A stretch of 64,000 nt of DNA. Origin: Octopus vulgaris (Eukaryota). The notes below the pieces were generated by a model. The model had not been told where the DNA came from and did no database searches. It was given only the letters and a program-made list of their open reading frames with translations. Location of the stretch: positions 110,050,001-110,114,000 of the forward strand of contig OX597820.1 in assembly GCA_951406725.2 (NCBI GenBank). Reading direction: 5' to 3'. The position numbers and the translations under genes are program-made. This document shows, piece after piece, positions 42,632-55,369 of this stretch (the first letter of the stretch is position 1; each line of letters begins with the position of its first letter).

Positions 42632-42716
42632 GTACCAGACTAGATATAAATCAAGACAATCCCGAGAGAGTCAAGGTCATCATATATGCAGAAGATCTGT
42701 TTGCAGATCTCATCAG
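42632..42716 (+). CDS. Internal coding exon (85 nt, phase 1 to 2) of an SLC1A/EAAT-family amino-acid transporter
   Basis: tgtag|GT...CATCAG|gtaaaa; encodes (G)TRLDINQDNPERVKVIIYAEDLFADLI(R). It joins the next exon to give the DLIRNxFPxNxxxAxFxQ signature. Confidence 0.85.
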
Positions 42717-43168
42717 GTAAAATAATACTTTTTTATATTTTAGCAACTGGTATTATATTGAATGTGTTGAACACTAGGATGGCTCTAACTGAACAGACTA
42801 TTCCAGCCATGTTCATTGTTTCCTTCCAAGGATTACAGCTTCCAAATTCTCTCTCTCATTTTTTGTTTTGTTTTTTTCAAGAAGTATGAGGTAATTTGAC
42901 ATTGGTTTCAGTTATTTCTAATGTGCTGGACTACATGGAATCTCCTTTCATTACCTTGTGTTTGTAATGTGATGTTATGCTTTTTGTACCTGTGTGTGTG
43001 TGTGTACTGTGGCTCCTTTAATGTTTGTACAGAAGCAGCAGATAAGGTATTGGACAACCTGCTCAGAAGACATAAGTTTGAATCTTGTGATTAACTTTGT
43101 ATGGGGCACTTGTGCAAGGCATGGAGCCCTTATTGATTCAGTTTTTCTAAATGACAAAAGAAAAGGTA

Positions 43169-44109
43169 TGGTGTTGAGTTAAAAGTTTTGCAATATTTTG
43201 CTAACTTGTTTGCTTTATTGCACAATCTGAAGCTACCTTTTTGCCAGTTTTTTGTTTTATTTGTCAAGTTACAACAAAAGCAGCCTAGCATCCAAAGTAG
43301 AGGCCATTATGTTGCACTGTCTGAAGCCAACTCTCACCCAGTTCTTTGATCCCATGCTGATACCAGTTCTTGTCCTTCAAGGCGAAGAGCTCCTTTCACT
43401 GAAGTTTCCATCTCCTCTTGGTTGATGAAGTGTTGCAAGTGTAGGAAGTGAGCTACAGATTAGAACAAGTAATAATCTAAAGGAGATGTTTTTTTGCAAT
43501 CCTAATGTGCATAAACAGTGGTTAAGCAAAGGTCAGCTTCCAGAACCTGTTGCCAAACATGAGTGTTTTGAACACGAGGTAATGCTCTGCATCCGGTGGA
43601 ATTATGAGGAGATAATTCATTACGAATTCATTCTGGATGATCAAATCATTGATGCCAACCTGTACTCTGAACAGCTGGAGTAGATGTATGTCATTATGCA
43701 GCAAAAATACCCCACACTGGTTAACAAAAAGCGAACTCTTCTACAGCAAGATAATGCAAGACCTCATACCACTCAATTGACCTGGAATAAACTTGAAGGA
43801 GTTGAACCGATGCCACACCCAGCATGTAGTCCAGATCTATCTCCTTCAGATTATCACTTGTTGCTGTCTGTGGCTCACTGCTTGCACTTGTGATGCTTCC
43901 TCAACCAAGAGGAAGTGAAAACTTCAGTGAAGGAGTTCTTCACCTTGAAGGACGAGAACTGGTATCAGCATGGGATCAAAGAACTGGGTGAGAGGTGGCT
44001 TCAGACAGTGCAACATGATGGCCTCTACTTTAGATGCTAGGCTGCTTTTGTTGCAACTTGACAAATAAAGCAAATATGTTATAAAAATATTGCAAAACTT
44101 TTGACACCA
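43169..44109 (+). mobile_element. Mariner derivative whose 5' end is replaced by an inverted copy of its 3' end
   Basis: TA-flanked; transposase C-half with QQDNARPH...SPDLSPSDYHL; 43169-43487 mirrors about 43839-44109. Confidence 0.88.
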
Positions 44110-44340
44110 TATTATGAGGTCCACAACCACTTCCAAGTTGAATGGCATCTTGTTGTAAAACTGATTCTTTCAGTAAAAGATACTTATTAGTCCAGGAATG
44201 CATGAAAAAATTAATGAAGATAATATTAAGAATAATGTATGAGTATATATCATAACCATCATCATTTTAATGTCTACTTTCCTGTGCTTACATGAGTCAG
44301 ACAATGTTGGAGCATTTTAAAGTTGGTGGAAGTGAGATTT

Positions 44341-44372
<32 letters not shown>

Positions 44373-44831
44373 TTCAGCTGTTGTTTCTAACAGATAAAAC
44401 AACCCTGAAGATGTACCTTCATTGATATTTTGGCTATAAAACATGGTATTTCCTGAGAAATAAAATTGTTTATTATGTTTAGTAATGAGTCTTCAATTTT
44501 ATGTATCGTAATTCATGTACATACACTCTGGGCTGACCAACATTGAAGTACTACTAGAATGGTGCTCTCCCCACATACAACCTTTATTGTTTTATGTATT
44601 GTATATCTGTACCCTACTGGTCTCTGCAATAATTGTCTTCATATATATTATGGGGAGTCATCATCATCATAGTTTTAACATTCACTTTTCCAAGCCTACA
44701 TGGGTCTGATAGAATATTTTGAGGTAGAGTTTCTATGGTCAGATGCCCTTCTTGACACTAACCTTCATCTGTTTCCAAGCAGAGTAATATTTCACCATGG
44801 CCAGGCATGTATTACAAAATATGGGAAACAA

Positions 44832-45230
44832 AGGCTTAGCTGTGTGGTAAGAAGTTTGCTTCCCAGCCTCATGGTTCCAGGTTCAGTCTTACTATATAGC
44901 ACTTGGGCAAGAATCTTCTATAGTTTCAAGCTAACCAAATTCTTGCAAGTGGATTTGGTAGATGAAAACTGAAAGAAGTCCATTGTGTGTGTGTGTGTGT
45001 GCATATGTGCATGCATGCATGTGTGTGTGTGCGTGTCTGTTTGTCCATCACTACCAGTGTTGGTTTGTTTACATTTCTGTAAATTAGCAGTTTTGCAAAA
45101 AGAGACTGATAGAATAAGTACCAGATTTAAAAAAAAAAGTATTGGGGTTGATTTGTTCAACTAAACCCTTCAAGGTAGTGCTCCAGCATGACCAGAGTCT
45201 AATGAGTGAAGCATTATAAAGAAAAAGAAA
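44832..45230 (+). mobile_element. tRNA-derived SINE, decayed
   Basis: Same head, body and tail as 32891-33268. Confidence 0.8.
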
Positions 45231-45269
45231 AATCCATTTACAACTACCATATAATGTCAAGATGAAGAC

Positions 45270-46925
45270 ACACACACACATACATATATACTTATAAGGT
45301 CGTTTGTTATGAATGGTCAGAGAGTAACCATTGGTTTCATGCCTGTAAAGCACTTAGTTGTATAGGTGACTCATCGGCCTGAGGTACATGACCTCCCTGA
45401 AACTAGATGGAGGACTACATTATGGTCAGTAAATGTGGCAAACAAAAAATTCTGGAATGAAATTCTACTGACAATAAATGTGAGTAGGTTGGTGTTATCT
45501 CTCTTAGACCAGTTCCAGTTGCATCTAAGATGGGTCAACATACAGTCAACTACTTTTCCCTTGTCAGAAATTGGGGGAATTCCATGTGTGCAAACACAAA
45601 CGTTTTTGGAGTTTAACCCTTTCATTACTATATTTCTGACCAATTATGTGTTTCAATTAATTTCTAATGTAATCATAAATTTAGTCTGGTTTCATTAAAC
45701 AACTATAACTTTTTTATTTATCAATATATTAACGTGAATTTTGGAAGATAATTTAATGAAATGTTCTCAACCAATTCTATACTATAATTTTTGTCACAAA
45801 GTGACTCTAATTGCAGGTAGATACAGGTAAATTCAACAAAATATAAAATTATTAAAATTTTGTTCAAACATCGCTATAGAAAATAGCTAATATTCAATTG
45901 GGTATACAACAAAATTTTATGATAGAATTTGTTATTCTGGGTAACTTTCTGATACCCATAATAATATTTATGGCAAAATAGTCTTAATTTCATTTAAGGT
46001 TATGGGAAACCACTTAATTTCGTTTTGTTTACATTTAGCATAACGGTTCATTTCCACCGTAATGATTTCAAATAGGCTCATTCAAAAAAGTAAAAAGAAA
46101 TAGTCTAAGGCTTTACTCTTCAGGGAAAGTCTGTGGCTTGGTCCAGTTTCTTCAGAAAAATCACCGAAAGAAACAGTTTTTAAATTTTCACTCCATTCAG
46201 GTGCCAATTCATTTTCTTTATCGCTGTTGGAGCTCTCGGATTCACTGTTTTCACTTTCGGAAAATGAAACATCAGATTCATTATCAAATACCACATGCTT
46301 TTTTTTTTCAGTCGTAGAGTTAGATTTATGAAGTAGAAAATCCTTCGAATTCTGACTCGCTGCTTGATATAATGAAATTCGTATCCATTTTTTGTCAGAA
46401 TTACAAATTTTGAAAACACAATAGGAACAAATTTCGGAAAAAATTCTCCCAAAATTCACGGAATTAAAATTACACTTCGATTTTTGTACAAAACTGTAGT
46501 TGAACTGTTTACGAAGTATAATACGTGTTTTCACGAATGTACTAAAGAGATTTGCTCTGATATTCTCATTTAAATATGAATAGGTAAATTCGGGCAGCTT
46601 TGGGCGGTTTGGTCACATTAACCAAAATTTTTTTCAGGCGGTTTCGGTCGGTTTGGTAACGAAAGGGTTAAGAAGGTCCCCAGACCAAGCAAGTTTTTCA
46701 AGATTCTTACTCTCTTGGCTGAGTGAACCTTACATTTTTTGCTCCCATTGAAGCGTGGTCCTGGTTGTTCTAGGAGCTTCCATTTAAATATGTATGGTGT
46801 ACCTTCCTCTTTTAAACACCATACGTAGCTGGCCAGAGACATAATGTTGTACCTCTCTGGTATCCTAAAAGAGGACCTGTGACTGTTAAGATGATACTTG
46901 AATGGATTTTCTGTAGATCTGACAT
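45270..46925 (-). mobile_element. Naiad-type PLE 3' fragment split by a piggyBac insertion
   Basis: STENPFKYHLNSHRSSF...LASYVWCLKE...KCKVH...GTF|LNSKNVCVCTH reads through once 45617-46671 is removed. Confidence 0.8.
45617..46667 (-). mobile_element. Non-autonomous piggyBac element, copy 1
   Basis: TTAA duplication (45613-16 and 46668-71), CCCTTT...AAAGGG TIRs, and an acidic transposase N-terminus. Confidence 0.93.
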
Positions 46926-47294
46926 TTCTATGTCTGTGCCCTTGTGCTAATATTACAGCTGCTGTTGTTGCTATTGTTGCTGTAGCTACAGCTGCTGGTG
47001 TTGCTACCACTCATGCTGCTGCTGCTATTGCTGTCACTTTTGTTATTACCAGCAGATATGTTATTGCTGCTGTTGCTACTAACACTACCCCCACTACCTC
47101 AGCCTCATTGACTTTACCTTTGGAGTTGCATCTCCCCACACTGGACACACATTGCTAACCCTGCATGAACATCCTGCCTCTATGCAGTGTTTAGGAGTGT
47201 TCACTAATATTTTTTAATGCCAAGTGCACACACACACACACACACTCACACACACCACACACATACACATAGTAGACTTCTTTCAGTTTCCATT

Positions 47295-47347
<53 letters not shown>

Positions 47348-47964
47348 AACAAACAAACAAACAAACAAACAAACAAACAAACAAACAAAATATATGTAAT
47401 ACATATATAACACGCAGAAATCAAACCTTCAGTGACAGACAAGTGAATGTTCTGGAATGTAAAAACAATGATTCTGATAACAATAAACTATTATTTACAT
47501 TCTTTTATTCACTATTCTCTTCATTTCTTTTCTTTATTAATAAAATTCCCAATGGATGGTTGGTAGAACAGTAGAGCATTCTATCTTATACCTTGAGAAT
47601 GTGCACTGTTTTAGGACATTCCTCTCAACAGCTATACAACATTCAAGCTTCCACTCATTGATGTGAAGCTCTGCTTACTTATTCATTTAACTTTTTTTCC
47701 TTCTGAGTTCAAATCCCATCCTAATCAACTTTGCCTTTCCCTCTTTGCAAGATTGATAAATTAAGTACCATACAAAATACTACTGGGATTAGCATAATCA
47801 ACTATATACATGTCCTTAAATGTGATGCTACAATCCAATGCTTTAAACCTGTAAAATAATGACTGTAACTGATTCACCTTTCAATTTATATTATAAGCCT
47901 TTTGGATTTGCAATTTTTAGTCAGGCTCCCTGCACACTGTTTCTTCAACTTTTATATTTTCATC

Positions 47965-50235
47965 ATCATAATAATCATCATTGTCATTTAACAACCATTT
48001 TCCATGGGTTGGATGGCTTGGCAGGAACTGGTAAGGCCAGGAGCCACACCAGGTTCCATAGTCTGTTTTGGTTTGGTTTCTAAAGCTGGATGCCCTTCCT
48101 AATGTCAATCACTCTACAGAGTGTACTGGGTGCTTTTTATGTGGCACCAGCTACCACACCAATGCTTTTTACATGGCACCTTGGTTTTAAGATCTCAATT
48201 CTGCTATGGCAAGCAGGTCTTCTCAAGTACAGCAATGTGCCACATATCTTGGCCCTCTGTTATCTCCTTTTTACTTCAATGCTTGTCCCATGTCTTCCTG
48301 GGTCTCCTTCTTTCACAACTTCCATTCACTTTAAATGATCAGCACTTCTTTATGCAACTGTCCTTATCTATCTGCATCAAATGACCCAACCAGCACAGTC
48401 TCTTCTCTTGCACACTGCATATAATCCCGCCTGTGCCCAACTTTTCTCTCAATACACCAATGCTCTCTTGTACATGTACACTGACATCACACATCCAGTA
48501 GAGCATATCAGCTTCGTTCCTCTCCAACCTTCACATGTCTTCTGTATTCAAGACCCATGTCTCACCATCATGCAATATCACAGTTCATGCACATGTATCA
48601 TACAATTTTCCCTTCACTCAAGCTGAGAGACCTTTGGTTGCCATCAGAGGTAAAAGCGCTATGATCTTTTTCCATTCTTACACTTTCTGTACAACCTCCT
48701 CCACTGCTAATTAGGTAACCTAGGTAGCCAAAGTTATCTACAGCTTCCAGTGAGCCACTGGAACATTTAAGGAAATCAGTGTCCCATATATCTTTGGTCT
48801 TTATGGCTCCTGTACATCTTCCACATAAAAACACTACTTTCTCTGTTAACCTTCCTACTATTCCACTGCACTTCCTGTGTCCATGGCTTGCACTGGATAC
48901 ACTGAAAGGAGTTTCTGTTTACACCCTTCCTACATATCAATTTACTGGATGGGTGAAGTGTCCTATCCAATTTCTTGCTTAACCCTTTTGATACTAAACC
49001 GCCCAAAGCTGCCCGAAAAGAATTTTGGTTAATGTGACCAAACCGCCCAAACCCGCCCGAATTTACCTATTCATATTTAAATGAGAATATCAGAGCAAAT
49101 CTCTTTAGTACATTCGTGAAAACACGTATTATATTTCGTAAACAGTTCAACTACAGTTTTGTACAACAATCGAAGTGTAATTTTAATTCCGTGAATTTTG
49201 GGAGATTTTTTTCCGAAATTTGTTCCTATTGTGTTTTCAAGATTTGTAATTCTGACAAAAAATGGATACGAATTTCATTATATCAAGCAGCGAGTCAGAA
49301 TTCGAAGGATTTTCTACTGTAGACCTTCATAAATCTAACTCTATGACTGAAAAAAAAAAGCATGTGGTATTTGATAATGAATCTGATGTTTCATTTTCCG
49401 AAAGTGAAAACAGTGAATCCGAGAGCTCCAACAGCGATAAAGAAAATGAATTGGCACCTGAATGGAGTGAAAATTTAAAAACTGTTTCTTTCGGTGATTT
49501 TACTGAAGAAACTGGACTAAGCCACAGACTTTCCCAGAAGAGTAAAGCCTTAGACTATTTCTTTTTACTTTTTCGAATGAGCCTATTTGAAATCATTACG
49601 GCGGAAATGAACCGTTACGCTAAACGTAAACAAAGCGAAAGAAAGGATAGTTAGTGGTTTCCAACCAAACCTTAAATGAAATTAAGACTATTTTGCCATA
49701 AATATTATTATGGGTATCAGAAAGCTACCCAGAATAACAAATTCTATCGTAAAATTTTGTTGTATACCCAATTGAATATTAGCCAATAACCCATTTTCTA
49801 TAGCGATATTTGAACAAAATTTTAATAATTTTATATTTTGTTGAATTTACCTGTATCTACCTGCAATTAGAGTCACTTTGTGACAAAAAATATAGTTTAG
49901 AATTGGTTGAGAACATTTCATTAAATTATCTTCCAAAATTCACGTTAATATATTGATAAATAAAAAAGTTATTGTTGTTTAATGAAACCAGACTAAATTT
50001 ATGATTACATTAGAAATTAATTGAAACACATAAGGGGTGTATTTTGGTCAGAAATATAGTAACGAAAGGGTTAATAGGGCCTTGATCTTTGATAAGTTTA
50101 CTTTACGAACCTTTTGATTTCTGGTTCTGTTTTCACACTTGGAATTTCTTTTCTAATTCTGTTAAAGATTCTGCTATTAGGGCAATATCCTCAGCATATA
50201 GTAGTTCCCATGGGCTTTCAGTTTTACATTCTTCT
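47965..50235 (-). mobile_element. Decayed RTE LINE split by piggyBac copy 2
   Basis: PWELLYAED near 50190-50215; ICRKGVNRNSFQC; FLCGRC; EAVDNFGYLG; RLCWLGHL; (GAT)n tail. Confidence 0.85.
48983..50070 (+). mobile_element. Non-autonomous piggyBac element, copy 2 (transposase N-terminus at 49262-49654)
   Basis: TTAA duplication (48979-82 and 50071-74); TIR CCCTTT.G.TACTA; ALDYFFLLF...EIITAEMNRYA; IIMGIRKLP. Confidence 0.93.
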
Positions 50236-51549
50236 ATTTTTTTGTCTGCTTCTGCATCACAGAAAAATCCTTTTTTAAAGTTTTTTTTAATATTTTCCCC
50301 ATGATAATCAACAACTTTGGTCTACTCTGATGCTACAGAATATTGTGTTTTAATATCCATCATATGATAATCAACAACTCACTGCAGTGTAAAAGTCTTT
50401 GGAGTGTTTTTCTATTTTAGTTTTTTTCTTCTGTAGTCAATGAGGGAAAGATCGTACTCATACCTGATCATACCCATGACCTTCAGATCATTTAAGAGTG
50501 ATGAGATTGATACAGTTTATTTTCAATTTGAACATCTGTTAGTCAATATTTGTGTGAAGAGAAAACTAGTGGGATAATGTTCTGGGGAGGAATGTTTGGG
50601 CAAAAGTGGCTTGTGTAGGGCCCAGTGTTTGGCTTGGATGGAAGTTGCATGTGACTCACTTGATCATAGAATATGTAGAGAGGTTATTGTAATCTAGGTT
50701 TCTATTAATTCATTAATGTACAATGTTCCCACCAAATGAGTCTTTATAATTATTGGACATTACACATTTGACTTGGAAACAGCTTGCTTGTGCAAGTGCA
50801 GTCAGTCAAAAGATCTGCATACCAGATACCAGTAAGTTTCAGAGGTCATCAGGAGAGAATGTGCACTGTTTTAGAACATTCCTCTCAACAGCTATACAAC
50901 ACTTGAGCTTCCATTCATTGATGTAAAGCTCTGCTTACTTAGTCAACTGATTTACTCAATCTTAAGTCCATTTCAGGATCATCATCACCATTCAAATTGT
51001 GGAAATTTGCAGGTATGACTTGCCATACAGACAAACAGGTGCCTGCCTCACACCCCACACATCACCTCTCCAGCCATGTTTTGTCATCCCTTTTCAGCCA
51101 TATGGCTAGCTCTCACAATTGTCACCTGAATTTCTATCAAGATGGCATTTGCTTGCTGATGTTTGATGCTAATTGATAGCAGCTACCATCTCAGTCTGGT
51201 TCCATTAAAACCTCTAGATCCAATTTTCTTATTAACTCTTCATGAATGCAAATTAGGGTATAATTATCCTTTTATGACTTTTTCAGCCATGCCGTTTATT
51301 TCTGGACAGTTAATTGTAATTACTTGTACAATAAAAATTAAACTTTATGCATGAATAAGGTAAAGACTCCTAATTTTGTTAAGTTTATTTCAGAATGTTT
51401 AAGTTTACTTAAGGAATAACTAATGGTTTTTTACCTTCTGTAATGCATTTTCAGGTTTCCCCTACATTAGTGTAACTTTGCCAGTTTTTCTTAATTTCTC
51501 AAATGTATTTATGCCCTTTTGTTACTCAGTTTCTTTGTTATTAGCTAGG

Positions 51550-52105
51550 GAAGCAGTTTTAATTCAGAATAGCAATCTGTGTATCTTATGTAACATGGAT
51601 ATACTATAAGAAAGCCACAACACTGCAGTATTCATCTTGAGAAAGCATCTTGTATAGATGTGTAGTGCTAAAAAGCACAGAAGTATCAGCAGCTAATGAA
51701 AAGCATCCAGCAGTGGTGGAATATCACAGTGTTGTAACTTTCTTACAATACATAAGATATATAGATTGCTATTCTGAACTAATACTGCTTCTATTGTTAA
51801 CAAATTTTCCTCAGCCTGCCTGCTATTTGCAACACCAGTAATTTGTTAATCATTGTTTTTCTATATCAGTAGGGGTGAAATTTGCCTAACACTGCAGTGA
51901 TTGTGGTTACTTGCTACCAATGATGTGGAAATACATAGAAATCCTGGATCTAGTAATTCCATTGCTGCTGCTGCTGATTGTACTTCATCTGCTACTGATA
52001 TTTCTGTGCCTTTTAACACTGTACATCTATATGAGATGTTTTCTCAAGATGAATACTGAAGTTTTGTGGTTTTCTTATAGTATATTTATGGTTAAGTAAG
52101 ATGTA
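51550..52105. repeat. Interlocking inverted repeats in the order A-B...A'...B'-a'
   Basis: 51604-51693 pairs with 51991-52080; 51550-51592 pairs with 51749-51791. Confidence 0.85.
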
Positions 52106-54098
52106 TAGGCAATATTTTTAACTGTAATAAACCTATGTGTTTCATTTAAATTGTAAATAATTCTAAAATAATCACAAACTTAGACTAGTTTCATAAAACA
52201 ACTATAATTTGTTGACATATGAATGTGGTTTTTGGAACAGAACTTAGAGGGTTCTCAAATATATAATAATTTTTGTTCTCCAAGTGAATGTAATTAAAGG
52301 TAAATTCACCAAAATGGATTTTTTTTACATATGCAGAAGTGTGTGGCAGGACTTTTATTTCTTTTTATTAGGACAATGGTGAATACCCTGTAACCACTAA
52401 AAGTGAATTGGTTGATTAGTTTAAATAGTTTACATGCAGCATAGGTAACAATTATACATAAGAAGGGGGGGGGGGCAGCTAATGTTTCTGAGCAGTACTA
52501 TTGTAAACCAAAAAGTTATTTGTTTTATCTCAGCACTACCATTTTTGTTGGTCTTTCTGAGATGGAACAAGAAATACATTGTAATTTCTATTTCCACCTT
52601 TCTACATAAACTACTTAATTTTAATGGTGTTAAACATTCAAGGTGTATTTACTACAAAAATTCTGTCATAGATCTTCCATATAAAAAACAGAAACTACAA
52701 CAAATTCATGAACTTATAATAGAGAATTTAAGGAAAACTTACATGGATGAAGGAAAACTCCAGAAATACATTTGTTGATAATACAAAAAAAAAAAAAATA
52801 GAAAGTCCTTTATCATACTCCTTGAATAAAATTTGAAAATCCTTAAATAAACTTTAAAAGATGCTTCTTCCTTAGTTCTTCATTATTATCCTAATTTTAA
52901 TATTCTTCCAACTACTCAGAGAGAAATAAGAGAGGAAATGTACACATGTAAGTGTTTGTGTGTGTACACTCACACACACCATTAGAATTGAATAGTTTAA
53001 ATAGTTTACAAACAGTTTAGGGAGAAAGGGCGAATAGGAATGACAATTTCTTGTTCCAATCAACAAAAATGGTGGTACCTAGATAAAGCAAAGTACTTTT
53101 TGGTTTACAAGAGCACTCTTTAGATACATCAACTCCACCTAACCCCTTTCTGTATAAAACTGTTTTAGATTCACACACACACATGCATGCGTACGTTCGC
53201 ATGCATGCACACACACACAGCAGCAGCAGCATGGCTGTGTGGCTGAGAACTTTAGTTCTCAGTCACATGATTTCAGGTTTAGGCCAACCAAAGCCTTGTG
53301 AGTGGATTTGGTAAATGCAAACTTTCTCTTTCTCTCTGTCTCTGTCTGTCTGTCTGTCTCTCTCTCTCTTTCTCATACACACACACGATTGTATTGGTTT
53401 CTTCTTATTTTGACATCATGTGATGTTTTAAATGAGTGTCAGTGTCATACAAGCAGTGTCCTTTCTTTCAAATCATCCATGAAAACATGTCTGGCCATGG
53501 AAAATATTTCCTTACTTGGAAGCAAGTGAGGGTCTACAGGAAGGGCATCTGGCCATAGAAAAATTCTGTCTCAATGAATAATGCCTGATCCATGGAAGTC
53601 TGGAAATTTGGATGTTAAAACGAGGGTGGTGATTGCACTTAATAGAGCAACAGACTTTTACTATAACATTATCAGTGTTGTTATAATTCAAAGAGTATTT
53701 TATTTTATCCAGGCAACAAAATGCTTTAATAAGGAATATAAATATATATATTTGTTTATATTTGTTTTAACTTTGCATTATATCTCCATAAGGTCATTTG
53801 TTATTGCCAATAACCTATTACCAACAATAAAACCCAAAGTAGAATGAAGCCATAAAAGATGACTAAATGTCAGTCTTCACAACCTCTGCTAATGTCGAAC
53901 AAATTAGCTATGTTAATGCACAGTATACATCTGTGCAAAATTCTTAGCAAAGTTTTTGTACTAGGTTTCTTTACATTAAGCTCCAGGCTTACTTTTGTGG
54001 GATTACAACGCCTCCAAATTATGCTTCAATATGGTAATGAAACTTAACTGTTGCTATTTTACTACTAAATTAATTATATTCATTCTTCATTCTCACAG

Positions 54099-54141
54099 AA
54101 ATATATTTCCTGATAACATCATAGGTGCTTCGTTTAGACAG
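54099..54141 (+). CDS. Internal coding exon (43 nt, phase 2 to 0) of the SLC1A/EAAT-family transporter
   Basis: ttcattctcacag|A AAT ATA...AGA CAG|gtaaga; encodes (R)NIFPDNIIGASFRQ, comparable to vertebrate EAAT RNMFPxNLVxACFxQ. Confidence 0.9.
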
Positions 54142-54409
54142 GTAAGATAACTATTTTTAAAATTTTAACTCTTGACTTATTTGAGACTAATTAAGGGGTG
54201 CAATGATATTTTATGTTCAGTTGGACAGTAATGCTTTTTTAAAGTTTAATTTCTCTGATGTTAAGGTGACACACTACTTACCTAAAGCTCCTACATAACC
54301 CACAAGCAAACTGTTGCAGTTTGTAAAACTGGCATCAACAAAACAGTTACAATTCTTTGCAATTCTTCTTTTTTTTTTTTAAGTGCCTTTATTTCATTGT
54401 GGAGTATGA

Positions 54410-54515
54410 GTGAAGTCTTTGTATGTATATGATCTATGAGTGAGGTCTGTAAATGTATGTGGTCTGTGAGTGAGGGCTGTAAATGTATGTAATTTATGAG
54501 TGAGATTGTATATGC
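54410..54515 (+). repeat. About 30-bp tandem repeat, roughly 3.5 copies
   Basis: GTGAGGTCTGTAAATGTATGTGGTCTGTGA-like units. Confidence 0.75.
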
Positions 54516-55369
54516 AAATGCTCAATGCATATGTACTGTTTTGCTTTTATTACTCTGCTTTCTGTGTGTACAGTGAATGTTGTCTGTTTTGTTACTCTTA
54601 GTATTTTTTACCTTTTGTATATGAATGTATATGTATGATGTACATATATACATATACATTCTGTGAAAGGACAGAAGGAAAGACAGATCAATAGAAAGCT
54701 ATTTTATTTCAATATTAACAAAAATGATTAAACAAAGTCTAGATACATACAAGAATGTATAAGTACGTAATGTAATTAAGAGCAAGAATAAAGACAAATA
54801 AATAATTGCAAAAATATGGAAGGTAAACAATTCTACACAGAAAAACTGAGACAATTAGAGTTAAACAACCAATAATACTACATTCAAAAGGTATGGGAAG
54901 AATTAATTGCAATGCCTTATAATCAAGTTGACAAAGGATCATGATGAATGATATATTAATGTAACAGACACACCTATTGAATCAACAAGCCCTCTCTCAA
55001 AGAAAGGCAACCTCTGTGACTCTACCAATTAGTACACTCACTTATAATATCTCTAAGGTAATGGAGATCGCTCTCTCTTTCTTTCTCTCTCTCTCTCTAC
55101 CTATCTGTCTGTCTGTCTGTCTTTTTTGTAGGCTTTTCTTTCCACAGATAAACCTGTTTTACATTTTTATCCCATCTTATTTTGCTGTTTACATGTCCCA
55201 AACACTTTCGATCCCTTTTGATTGTATTTTTTTTCTTTCTTTCTTTTGAAAAGAAAAGTTCTACATTGTATTGTCCCCTCTGTGTTTGGCCCTGTGTGGC
55301 TAATAAAGAAAGCTGTCTATCCATCCATCCATCCATCCATCCATCCATTCATCCAGACCATTTAAAATC

